Source: Grimontia kaedaensis (GTDB lineage: Bacteria > Pseudomonadota > Gammaproteobacteria > Enterobacterales > Vibrionaceae). Taken from it: a stretch of DNA of 24,000 nt. Shown piece by piece: positions 17,573 to 24,000 of the stretch. The stretch lies in assembly GCF_023746615.1 (NCBI RefSeq), contig NZ_CP082275.1:46497-70496 (forward strand), given 5' to 3'. Within the stretch, counting starts at the first letter, position 1, and each line of letters opens with the position of its first letter. Position numbers and translations under genes: made by a program. The notes beneath the pieces are model-generated. The model had not been told where the DNA came from. It worked only from the letters and a program-made list of their open reading frames with translations, and made no database searches.

Positions 17573-17911
17573 ATGAGCGGAGACGCCTTAATCATTGCGA
17601 TTTTTTTCGTCACACTGGTTAACATCCTGCGCTATCTGAGCTCGCTGCGAACGCTGCTGGTCATGATGCGAGATGCCAACCCGTTGCTGTACCAACAAGT
17701 GGCACGCGGCAATAATTTCTTTGCACCGCAAGGTGATATCAGCCGCCAAAAACGTCTGTATCACTACATTCGCAGTCAGGAATACATGCATCATCACGAC
17801 GATGCTTTCATTGCCAAATGCAACAAAGTCCGCCACCTATTCATTCTGTCGACAACGCTGGTACTTTTACTGGTTATGTCCCTCTTTTTTGTGGCATTTG
17901 CAGGACTTTGA
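17573..17911 (+). CDS. uspB: Universal stress protein B
   Basis: 112 aa with two TM segments. VNILRYLSSLRTLLVMMRDANPLLYQ...HHHDDAFIAKCNKVRHLFILST parallels E. coli UspB (ARYFSSLRALLVVLR..DPLLYQ...[22 protein letters not shown]). A GGGAG SD lies 7 nt upstream. It is divergent from uspA as in E. coli. Confidence 0.9.
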   Translation: MSGDALIIAIFFVTLVNILRYLSSLRTLLVMMRDANPLLYQQVARGNNFFAPQGDISRQKRLYHYIRSQEYMHHHDDAFIAKCNKVRHLFILSTTLVLLLVMSLFFVAFAGL

Positions 17912-17944
17912 ATCGCGAAAAACCATCGCAAACTCAATTCTGGT

Positions 17945-17975
17945 AAAACGCTGGCAGATGCCAGCGTTTTTTTTG
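17945..17975 (+). terminator. Rho-independent terminator after uspB
   Basis: Stem CGCTGGC (17949-17955), loop AGAT, stem GCCAGCG (17960-17966), then TTTTTTTT. Confidence 0.85.
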
Positions 17976-18005
17976 TTAACCTTCTGAGTCAGAACATATC
18001 AATAA

Positions 18006-19145
18006 ATGTCGGAGCAGGGTTTGGACAGATTTCTTGCGTGGTGGCAGCAAAGTGCTGAGGGCTTAACTTTTGACTGGTTGGAACATATCGGCCTGATGCT
18101 TGGTGCAGCGGCAATCGCTTGGCTAGTATGGCGATTGGTGTTCAGTAAGCTGTTGGAAATCTCTAAGAAAACCCGTACCCAGTGGGACGAAATTGTATTA
18201 AAGGCCGTCAGCACGCCAGTGAGCGTGTTTATATGGCTATGGCCGACAACCTTTGCGATGGGCAGTTTGATAGATGTGGGTGCCAAAGTCGGTACGGATT
18301 GGCTGATCATATCGCGCCGCGTGCTGCTGATTGTGTTGATGCTCTGGGTCATGCTGCGTTTGGTGAATGCCATCGAAGCCCATCTTTCCCAGTCCGATAA
18401 ACATGACCAGACTACGGTATCTGCTATTGGTCATGTGATACGTCTGCTGCTTGCCTTTATTGGTGTGCTGACCTTGCTGCAGGAGTTTGGGATTAGCCTT
18501 ACCGGCCTTCTCACCTTTGGTGGTGTCGGTGGCCTGATTGTTGGTTTAGCGGCGAAAGATTTGCTGTCGAACTTCTTTGGTGGCTTGATGATTTATTTCG
18601 ACCGTCCTTTCAGTGTTGGGGACTGGATTAACTCACCGGATAGAAACATTGAAGGTACGGTTGAGCGTATCGGTATGCGAATGACCATGATCCGCACGTT
18701 TGAAAGCCGCCCTCTATACGTGCCGAATTCGGTGTTTAGTAATATCGTGGTTCAGAATCCTTCGCGGATGCGTAACCGCCGCATCAACGAAACCATTGGT
18801 ATCCGCTACAAAGATGCGGACAAGATGGGAGTCATCGTCGCCGATGTGAAAAAGATGCTGGAGACCCATCCGGACATCGAGCAGAACGCCACCCTGATGG
18901 TGAATTTTGATGCGTTTGCGGGTTCATCATTGAACTTCTTTATCTATACCTTCACTAAAACCATCAACTGGGCGCGCTACCACGAAGTGAAGCAGGACGT
19001 GATGTTGAAAATTGTCGAGATTGTTCATGCACATGGTGCCGACTTTGCCTTCCCGACCCGTACTATCGCGTTTGACCGCGATGATGGGATGGAAGCGCAG
19101 ATCCCGCTCAATCATGAATTGGCGCCAGCACCGGACAAAAACTAG
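18006..19145 (+). CDS. MscS-family small-conductance mechanosensitive channel (YnaI/YbdG-like)
   Basis: Four to five N-terminal TM helices are followed by the MscS pore and beta-domain signature (GVGGLIVGLAAKDLLSNFFGGLMIYFDRPFSVGDWI...GTVERIGMRMTMIRTFE..PLYVPNS.F). The start is uncertain: ATG 18006 lacks an SD, and TTG 18021 has a GGAG 6 nt upstream. Confidence 0.88.
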   Translation: MSEQGLDRFLAWWQQSAEGLTFDWLEHIGLMLGAAAIAWLVWRLVFSKLLEISKKTRTQWDEIVLKAVSTPVSVFIWLWPTTFAMGSLIDVGAKVGTDWLIISRRVLLIVLMLWVMLRLVNAIEAHLSQSDKHDQTTVSAIGHVIRLLLAFIGVLTLLQEFGISLTGLLTFGGVGGLIVGLAAKDLLSNFFGGLMIYFDRPFSVGDWINSPDRNIEGTVERIGMRMTMIRTFESRPLYVPNSVFSNIVVQNPSRMRNRRINETIGIRYKDADKMGVIVADVKKMLETHPDIEQNATLMVNFDAFAGSSLNFFIYTFTKTINWARYHEVKQDVMLKIVEIVHAHGADFAFPTRTIAFDRDDGMEAQIPLNHELAPAPDKN

Positions 19146-19162
19146 ACTGGCTCCAAGGTGCT

Positions 19163-19192
19163 CGGGCGGCTACAATGCCGCCCGATTTCGTG
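19163..19192 (+). terminator. Weak terminator/attenuator hairpin after the MscS-family gene
   Basis: Stem CGGGCGGC (19163-19170), loop TACAAT, stem GCCGCCCG (19177-19184), then ATTTCGTGT. The T-tract is poor. Confidence 0.4.
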
Positions 19193-19207
19193 TAATGGGC
19201 AATAAAG

Positions 19208-20392
19208 ATGAAGCAGTATGATGTAGTGGTCATTGGCGCAGGCGCAGCAGGCCTGATGTGTGTCGCGCAGGCAGGTAAGCGTGGTCGCAACGTGCTGGTG
19301 GTTGATAATGGCAAAAAACCGGGTCGGAAAATTCTGATCTCCGGCGGTGGCCGCTGCAACTTTACCAACTATGACGTTACAGCTGCTAACTTCGTTTGCC
19401 GCAACAAACACTTTCCGAAATCTGCCCTGGCGCAATACAGCCAGTGGGACTTCTTCTCCATGGTTAATGAATACGGTATTGCGTGGGAAGAGCGCGAGCA
19501 TGGCCAGCTGTTCTGTATCGACTCTGCCAAAGACATTGTTGAAATGCTGCTGAAAGAGTGCGACCTGCCGACCGTTGAACAACGTTACCGCTGCGATGTG
19601 CATGATATCGAAAAGACCGAAGACGGCTTCACACTGAAGCTGGATACGGACACCGTAAGCTGTCAGTCAATGGTGGTGGCAACCGGTGGTCTTTCCATGC
19701 CGAAGCTCGGTGCGACCCCGTTCGGTTATCAAATCGCTGAACAGTTTGGGCTGGCACGCATACCAACGACTGCTGGTCTGGTGCCGTTTACTCTGCATGA
19801 TAAAGACAAAGCGGCGTTTGCGGATTTGTCTGGTATCGCGATTCCAGTGACTATTACCACCGAAAGCGGCGCGCTGTTTAAAGAGAACCTTCTGTTTACC
19901 CACCGTGGTTTGTCTGGTCCTGTGGTCCTTCAGGTGAGCTCTTACTGGACGCCAGGCGAGGAAGTGGAGGTCAACCTGCTGCCGGATTTAGACGTGGTGG
20001 AAACCATCAACGCCATGCGTGACAAGCATCCCGCACAGAGCCTGAAAAACAGCCTGGCGCGTCTACTGCCAAAGCGTCTGGTGGAAGCCATGATCGAACG
20101 TGGCGACATTCAGGATAAGCCTCTTAAGCAGCTAAACCCGAAAGACATTGCCGCGCTTGGTGATTATCTACACCAGTGGCACATCGCACCAAATGGTACC
20201 GAAGGCTACCGCACAGCAGAAGTCACGCTGGGCGGTGTGGACACCGATGAGCTTTCATCAAAAACCATGGAAACCAAGAAGGTGCCTGGCCTGTATTTTG
20301 TTGGCGAAGTGATGGACGTTTCCGGTTGGCTCGGTGGTTACAACTTCCAATGGGCCTGGAGCTCAGGCTGGGTAGCAGGGCAACATGTTTAA
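19208..20392 (+). CDS. yhiN: NAD(P)/FAD-dependent oxidoreductase, YhiN/HI0933 (BaiN-like) family
   Basis: YDVVVIGAGAAGLMCVAQAGKRGRNVLVVDNGKKPGRKILISGGGRCNFTN is the hallmark N-terminus of the YhiN/HI0933 family. C-terminal GLYFVGEVMDVSGWLGGYNFQWAWSSG is also present. The symbol is given by family resemblance and by synteny with uspB/uspA. Confidence 0.88.
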   Translation: MKQYDVVVIGAGAAGLMCVAQAGKRGRNVLVVDNGKKPGRKILISGGGRCNFTNYDVTAANFVCRNKHFPKSALAQYSQWDFFSMVNEYGIAWEEREHGQLFCIDSAKDIVEMLLKECDLPTVEQRYRCDVHDIEKTEDGFTLKLDTDTVSCQSMVVATGGLSMPKLGATPFGYQIAEQFGLARIPTTAGLVPFTLHDKDKAAFADLSGIAIPVTITTESGALFKENLLFTHRGLSGPVVLQVSSYWTPGEEVEVNLLPDLDVVETINAMRDKHPAQSLKNSLARLLPKRLVEAMIERGDIQDKPLKQLNPKDIAALGDYLHQWHIAPNGTEGYRTAEVTLGGVDTDELSSKTMETKKVPGLYFVGEVMDVSGWLGGYNFQWAWSSGWVAGQHV

Positions 20393-21648
20393 GCTCTGAT
20401 AAGCCTGATGCCAAGGTATTCTCTGATGCTTAGATGTATTGCCCCATCTTTCTGGTAACGCTTAAACCGAATGGGCAAATAGCCGTCGATAAATCCTACT
20501 GCTTCATAAAAGTTGAGCTGACTCTGTAAGCCATCACCGTATTTAACATCAAATACACCGTCGTTTTTGGTCAGCGTGATGGTGGAGAAACGAGCAAGGC
20601 TTTTCTCTGGAAGATACTTGAGTAGCTCTTTTCTATCTTCTGCCGGTAAATGGTATTCACCTGTTTCTAGTTGCAGGCTAAATGTTGTCTTATCGTATTT
20701 GAGTTGGGTAGACAGAGGCTCCCTAGATAACAGGCAAGTGGCAAGCTTGTCGACTTGCCCTGTGCCGTATCTAGAGATAACAGCAGCGGCTTGAGTGAAA
20801 TCTGATGTGAAGGTCAGGGATGCCTCTATGCCAGGCACGTAGCCACCGATACAGTATGCTCCCTTTTCCTCGTCGTTATCAACGTGAGCGCTGAGCGAGC
20901 TTGATTTCAGTAGGTGGGTTAGCATCGGTAGCGGAAAGAAAACGTCTTTTCGCAACGCCTTAACAAAGCTTAATAGGTCCGACGCCGAGCAGCATATAGC
21001 CCCAGCGCTGAAAGCGATGTTGAGTACAAGCTCCGTTTGTTCGACATATCCTCCTTCGCCATATTCATGACCACAGGCCTCGGTCGTAAAGCGGGCGGTT
21101 TTCATCTCCGCCGGGTCGAAAATAAAGGTTTGAGTAAAGGCTTCCCAAGGCATTTCAGCGACGCGCTCGATAAGTAACCCGAGAAGAAAATAACAAGAGT
21201 TTGAGTACACAGGGTCTTCGAGCACTTCCACTCCGGTTTTCTGTTGAATATGGGTTTCAATATCCTTCTTCGTTAGCACTGATAGGTTTTTGCCTGCGTC
21301 ATAGCTCTCTTTGACATAGTCCCCGAATGAAACCCGGTGAGATAAGACATGTAATATCGTCGCTTCTGGGGGGATCGGGTAGCGGTCATCTTGGTCAAAA
21401 TAGGCGCAGACAGGATTGGTTAACACCAGCTTTTTTTGATGAGACAGAATCAATATACCGACAAGGGTAAAGAGCTTGGTGATCGAACCTATAGGTAAGG
21501 CAGTGGGCGAGGAGGTCGCTTTCAGCGACAGTATTAATGTGTCTGCTGAAAAAGTCGCAGCATCGCCTAAAAACGTACTTTGATGTTGAAAAAGCGCTGC
21601 AAACGCGGTGGTGGTCGCCTGTAGATGCTGCTGACGATCGGATGTCAT
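20389..21648 (-). CDS. Beta-lactamase-fold serine hydrolase (class C/esterase family VIII-like) with an extra C-terminal beta-rich domain
   Basis: SxxK nucleophile motif (IGSITKLFT), YxN motif (VYSNSCYFLLG), and family-typical FSAGAICCSASDLLSFVKAL. No signal peptide. The C-terminal ~110 aa (GEYHL...LTKNDGVFDVKY...IRFKRYQKDGAIHLSI) resembles the accessory domain often fused to this fold. An AAAAGG SD lies 7 nt before ATG 21648. Confidence 0.75.
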   Translation of the reverse strand: MTSDRQQHLQATTTAFAALFQHQSTFLGDAATFSADTLILSLKATSSPTALPIGSITKLFTLVGILILSHQKKLVLTNPVCAYFDQDDRYPIPPEATILHVLSHRVSFGDYVKESYDAGKNLSVLTKKDIETHIQQKTGVEVLEDPVYSNSCYFLLGLLIERVAEMPWEAFTQTFIFDPAEMKTARFTTEACGHEYGEGGYVEQTELVLNIAFSAGAICCSASDLLSFVKALRKDVFFPLPMLTHLLKSSSLSAHVDNDEEKGAYCIGGYVPGIEASLTFTSDFTQAAAVISRYGTGQVDKLATCLLSREPLSTQLKYDKTTFSLQLETGEYHLPAEDRKELLKYLPEKSLARFSTITLTKNDGVFDVKYGDGLQSQLNFYEAVGFIDGYLPIRFKRYQKDGAIHLSIREYLGIRLIRA

Positions 21649-21869
21649 TTTTTAGCCTTTTCATCGCGAAATACAGGTCAAACACGGTATTGCAATAGCT
21701 GGCTTGCACAACACTGGTGAGACTCTCGTTAGAAGCATATCACGTTGTCTGTAACCTAAACGGGCGCTAAGAAACTTGGGCTGTCTCTCGCACCTGCAGT
21801 TAGTTCATTACTCTTTCTTTGCGGAAAGGCTTTATCCTCGCCACTTTAAACACGAAAAGGATCACGACG

Positions 21870-22751
21870 ATGCAGTCAGATAGCGGTGATAAATCGATAA
21901 TTGCTGGCTTTTGGCGTACGAATGCTTGGGGACTTTCCGACCAAGCGTTGAACCGCTTTATCTGCGAGCTCATTGATATTGGTGTGACCGATTTTGATCA
22001 TGCCTATGTTTATCGCAGTGAAGAAAGCTTTGGTGAAGCATTGGCGCTTTCACCGACATTACGAAGCCGGGCTAACATCATTACCAAGTGTGGCATTCGA
22101 GGTGTAGGCAAAGGCGCTCTTGATGCTCGCAGCGTCAGCCATTACGACTCTTCCAAAGAAACTATCCTGTCGTCGGTCGATCATTCATTGAAAGCGCTTA
22201 AAACGGATTATGTCGACACCTTGCTGTTGCACCGTCCAGACTACCTGATGGATGTAGAGGAAGTGAATGACGCATTAAATACACTAAAGCAGCAGGGTAA
22301 AGTCCGCCGTTTCGGTGTGTCCAACTTTAGTGTGTCCCAGTTCTCGCTATTGCAAGATGCGCTGGATGTGACGTTATGCACCAATCAGTTTGAGTTTTCT
22401 CCCTTTCAGACAGAAGCTCTGGACAACGGGCTTTTCGATCAATGCTACCAAAACCGCATCCGTCCAATGATCTGGTCTTGTTTGGGAGGTGGTAGATTGT
22501 TTGACCCACAGGATGAGGTCACTCAGCGATTATCAGAGAGCTTGGGTGAGGTGATGGAAGAGGTTGGTGTCTCCTCATTGGCTGAGCTTATCTATGCTTG
22601 GGTATTGGCGATACCTAGCCAGCCAAGAATCATTACCGGCTCGGGAAAAATAGATAACATTCGCCCTTTGGTCGAAGCCAGTAAAGTCTCTTTGAGCAGG
22701 GAGCAGTGGTACCAGATATGGGCTGCAGCAGTCGGGCACGGAGTAAAATAA
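21870..22751 (+). CDS. Aldo/keto reductase, YdhF-like
   Basis: Collinear with E. coli YdhF as I recall it: G.WR...W.......FI....D.GVT.FDHA..Y, LLLHRPD.LMD..EV......L...GKVR.FGVSNF...QF.LLQ, RPM.WSCLGGGRLF, YAWVL..PSQP..I.GSGKI. ATG 21870 has an AAAAGGA SD. The TTG at 21819 is rejected. Confidence 0.88.
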   Translation: MQSDSGDKSIIAGFWRTNAWGLSDQALNRFICELIDIGVTDFDHAYVYRSEESFGEALALSPTLRSRANIITKCGIRGVGKGALDARSVSHYDSSKETILSSVDHSLKALKTDYVDTLLLHRPDYLMDVEEVNDALNTLKQQGKVRRFGVSNFSVSQFSLLQDALDVTLCTNQFEFSPFQTEALDNGLFDQCYQNRIRPMIWSCLGGGRLFDPQDEVTQRLSESLGEVMEEVGVSSLAELIYAWVLAIPSQPRIITGSGKIDNIRPLVEASKVSLSREQWYQIWAAAVGHGVK

Positions 22752-22753
22752 TG

Positions 22754-22780
22754 GAAGGCGCCAATGGCGCCTTCTTTGTG
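22754..22780. terminator. Bidirectional rho-independent terminator between the convergent aldo/keto reductase (AKR) and aldehyde dehydrogenase (ALDH) genes
   Basis: Stem GAAGGCGCC (22754-22762), loop AAT, stem GGCGCCTTC (22766-22774), then TTTGTGTCTG. Confidence 0.75.
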
Positions 22781-22785
22781 TCTGT

Positions 22786-24000
22786 CTAACGCAAAAACAG
22801 CTTAAACATCACTTTCTGCCACCATTTGCCATACGGCGGTGCCATCAGTTTTCCGGGGTTGAGCTTGCCACGCTGGAACACGGTTTTAGCATGGCTGAAG
22901 GTGCGGAAGCCTTCAATGCCGTGATAGTGCCCCATACCGGATGCGCCAATACCGCCGAACGGTGTGTCATCCACCGCGACCTGCATAATGGTGTCATTCA
23001 CGGCGATAGAGCCGGAATGGGTATGCCTAATGGTGTGTTGGATGAAGTTCTGATCGAGCGTCATCAGATACAGTGCTAATGGGCGGGGTTGGTGACGAAG
23101 TGCATTAAGCACATCATGCACATCTTGATAGGTAATGATTGGTAGTAGTGGTCCGAAAATTTCCTGCTGCATGATGGCGCTGTCTTTCGGCGGATTGATC
23201 ACCAGATGAAGCGCCATTTTCCGCGTTTCAGGCAAGATAGCCGGGTCGGCCAGTGGAATGGTGGTGATGCCACGCTTGTCGGTGTCATCCATCAAGCTTG
23301 TCAGGCGCGAGAACTGACGCTCAGTCACGATGGCGGTGCGGTCATCACTCTGAATGCCTTTTGGATACGCTTCGTTCCATTTTACGCGCAGTGCTTCGAC
23401 AAACTCTTCCAGATTGTCTTCGTGCACAAACACGTGATCCGGCGCGACGCAGATTTGCCCGGCGTTGAGGTTCTTACCAAACAGCATGCGTTCTGCTGCG
23501 AGCATAGGGTCAATGTCCGGCCCGACAATCACCGGTGATTTGCCGCCAAGCTCTAACGTTACAGGCGTCAGGTTTTCAGATGCCGCTCTCATCACTTTTT
23601 TGCCGACTTCGGTCGAGCCAGTGAACATCAGGTGATCAAACGGAAGCCGGGTGAAGGCTTCTGCCACTGATACATCGCCTTCAACGACACTGACTTTATC
23701 GTCATCAAACACTTCGTTCAGCATGGCTTTAACGGCTTGTGCGGTCAGAGGCGTGAACTCACTCATCTTGAGCATCACGCGGTTTCCGGCGGCAATTGCT
23801 GTCATCAAAGGAATGAGGCTCAAAGTAATGGGGAAGTTCCAGGGAACGATAATGCCGACCACACCAAGCGGTTGATAGTGCACTTCAACTTTGGCAGGCG
23901 TCAGGAGCAATCCCGCAGAGCGGCGCGATGGCTTCATCCAGCGTTTCAGTTTGCGCTTGGTGTAATGCAACATTTGGAAGCACGGAAGGATGTCTGCCAT
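22786..24000 (-). CDS. NAD(P)-dependent aldehyde dehydrogenase (class 3 / coniferyl-aldehyde dehydrogenase-like), 5' end outside window
   Basis: ALDH motifs are present: PLGVVGIIVPWNFP, FTGSTEVGKKV, LELGGKSP (catalytic Glu), AGQICVAPD (catalytic Cys), EIFGPLLPI. The hydrophobic C-terminal tail is typical of the class 3/CALDH group. About 70-80 N-terminal residues are missing, so the ATG at the window edge is not the true start. Confidence 0.9.
   Translation of the reverse strand: MADILPCFQMLHYTKRKLKRWMKPSRRSAGLLLTPAKVEVHYQPLGVVGIIVPWNFPITLSLIPLMTAIAAGNRVMLKMSEFTPLTAQAVKAMLNEVFDDDKVSVVEGDVSVAEAFTRLPFDHLMFTGSTEVGKKVMRAASENLTPVTLELGGKSPVIVGPDIDPMLAAERMLFGKNLNAGQICVAPDHVFVHEDNLEEFVEALRVKWNEAYPKGIQSDDRTAIVTERQFSRLTSLMDDTDKRGITTIPLADPAILPETRKMALHLVINPPKDSAIMQQEIFGPLLPIITYQDVHDVLNALRHQPRPLALYLMTLDQNFIQHTIRHTHSGSIAVNDTIMQVAVDDTPFGGIGASGMGHYHGIEGFRTFSHAKTVFQRGKLNPGKLMAPPYGKWWQKVMFKLFLR

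Noticed and set aside
17443-17625. 60-aa minus-strand ORF, with an internal 35-aa version MAQTRLEGFSITEAAEETLRLLVKLNEEQGLSVFP, overlapping the uspB start region
   Set aside because: The C-terminal part looks helix-like. None of the candidate ATGs has an acceptable SD; the nearest AAGG is 11 nt away. The 5' part is antisense to the uspB coding sequence. It is kept only as a possible component of the spacer transcript finding.
1-24000. Search by eye for CRISPR repeats, IS/transposase/integrase genes, tRNA/rRNA, long direct or inverted repeats, toxin-antitoxin pairs or known defence-system genes
   Set aside because: I found none. All long ORFs are accounted for by housekeeping or metabolic families. 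The intergenic hairpins are unrelated to each other and behave as ordinary terminators. Short dispersed repeats could be missed without a computational repeat search.

Overview
This window looks like a chromosomal, mostly housekeeping segment of a gamma-proteobacterium. It is Vibrionaceae-like by protein similarity, which is an inference. GC is roughly 48-52% in hand-counted lines. I call 21 protein-coding genes. In order they are: a DppC/OppC-type ABC permease (5' end off-window), a secreted SPOR-domain protein, gor, rlmJ, prlC, gppA, rhlB, trxA, rho, a secreted helical hypothetical, and ubiD (unusually long). These are followed by a small [2Fe-2S] ferredoxin, fre, a DMT/EamA permease, uspA, uspB, an MscS-family channel, a YhiN-family flavoprotein, a low-GC beta-lactamase-fold serine hydrolase, a YdhF-like aldo/keto reductase, and a class-3-like aldehyde dehydrogenase (5' end off-window). 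Most gene ends have clear hairpin plus T-tract terminators. Reading by eye, I found no rRNA, tRNA, CRISPR array, IS element, transposase, integrase or recognisable defence genes. I do not see convincing evidence for a multi-gene novel system. The observations most worth follow-up are listed here. (1) UbiD has an ancient in-frame tandem duplication of its C-terminal module. (2) A stand-alone plant-type ferredoxin is wedged between ubiD and fre and overlaps the fre start. (3) A single low-GC serine hydrolase gene has a stop codon that overlaps the stop of the convergent yhiN-like gene. (4) The uspA-uspB spacer is 624 bp, has no credible ORF, and carries an orphan terminator-like hairpin. (5) A small signal-peptide ORF is interrupted by one in-frame TGA that is followed by a hairpin. 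(6) An inverted repeat covers the prlC ribosome-binding site. All functional interpretations are inference from motifs I can read directly. No database searches were run.
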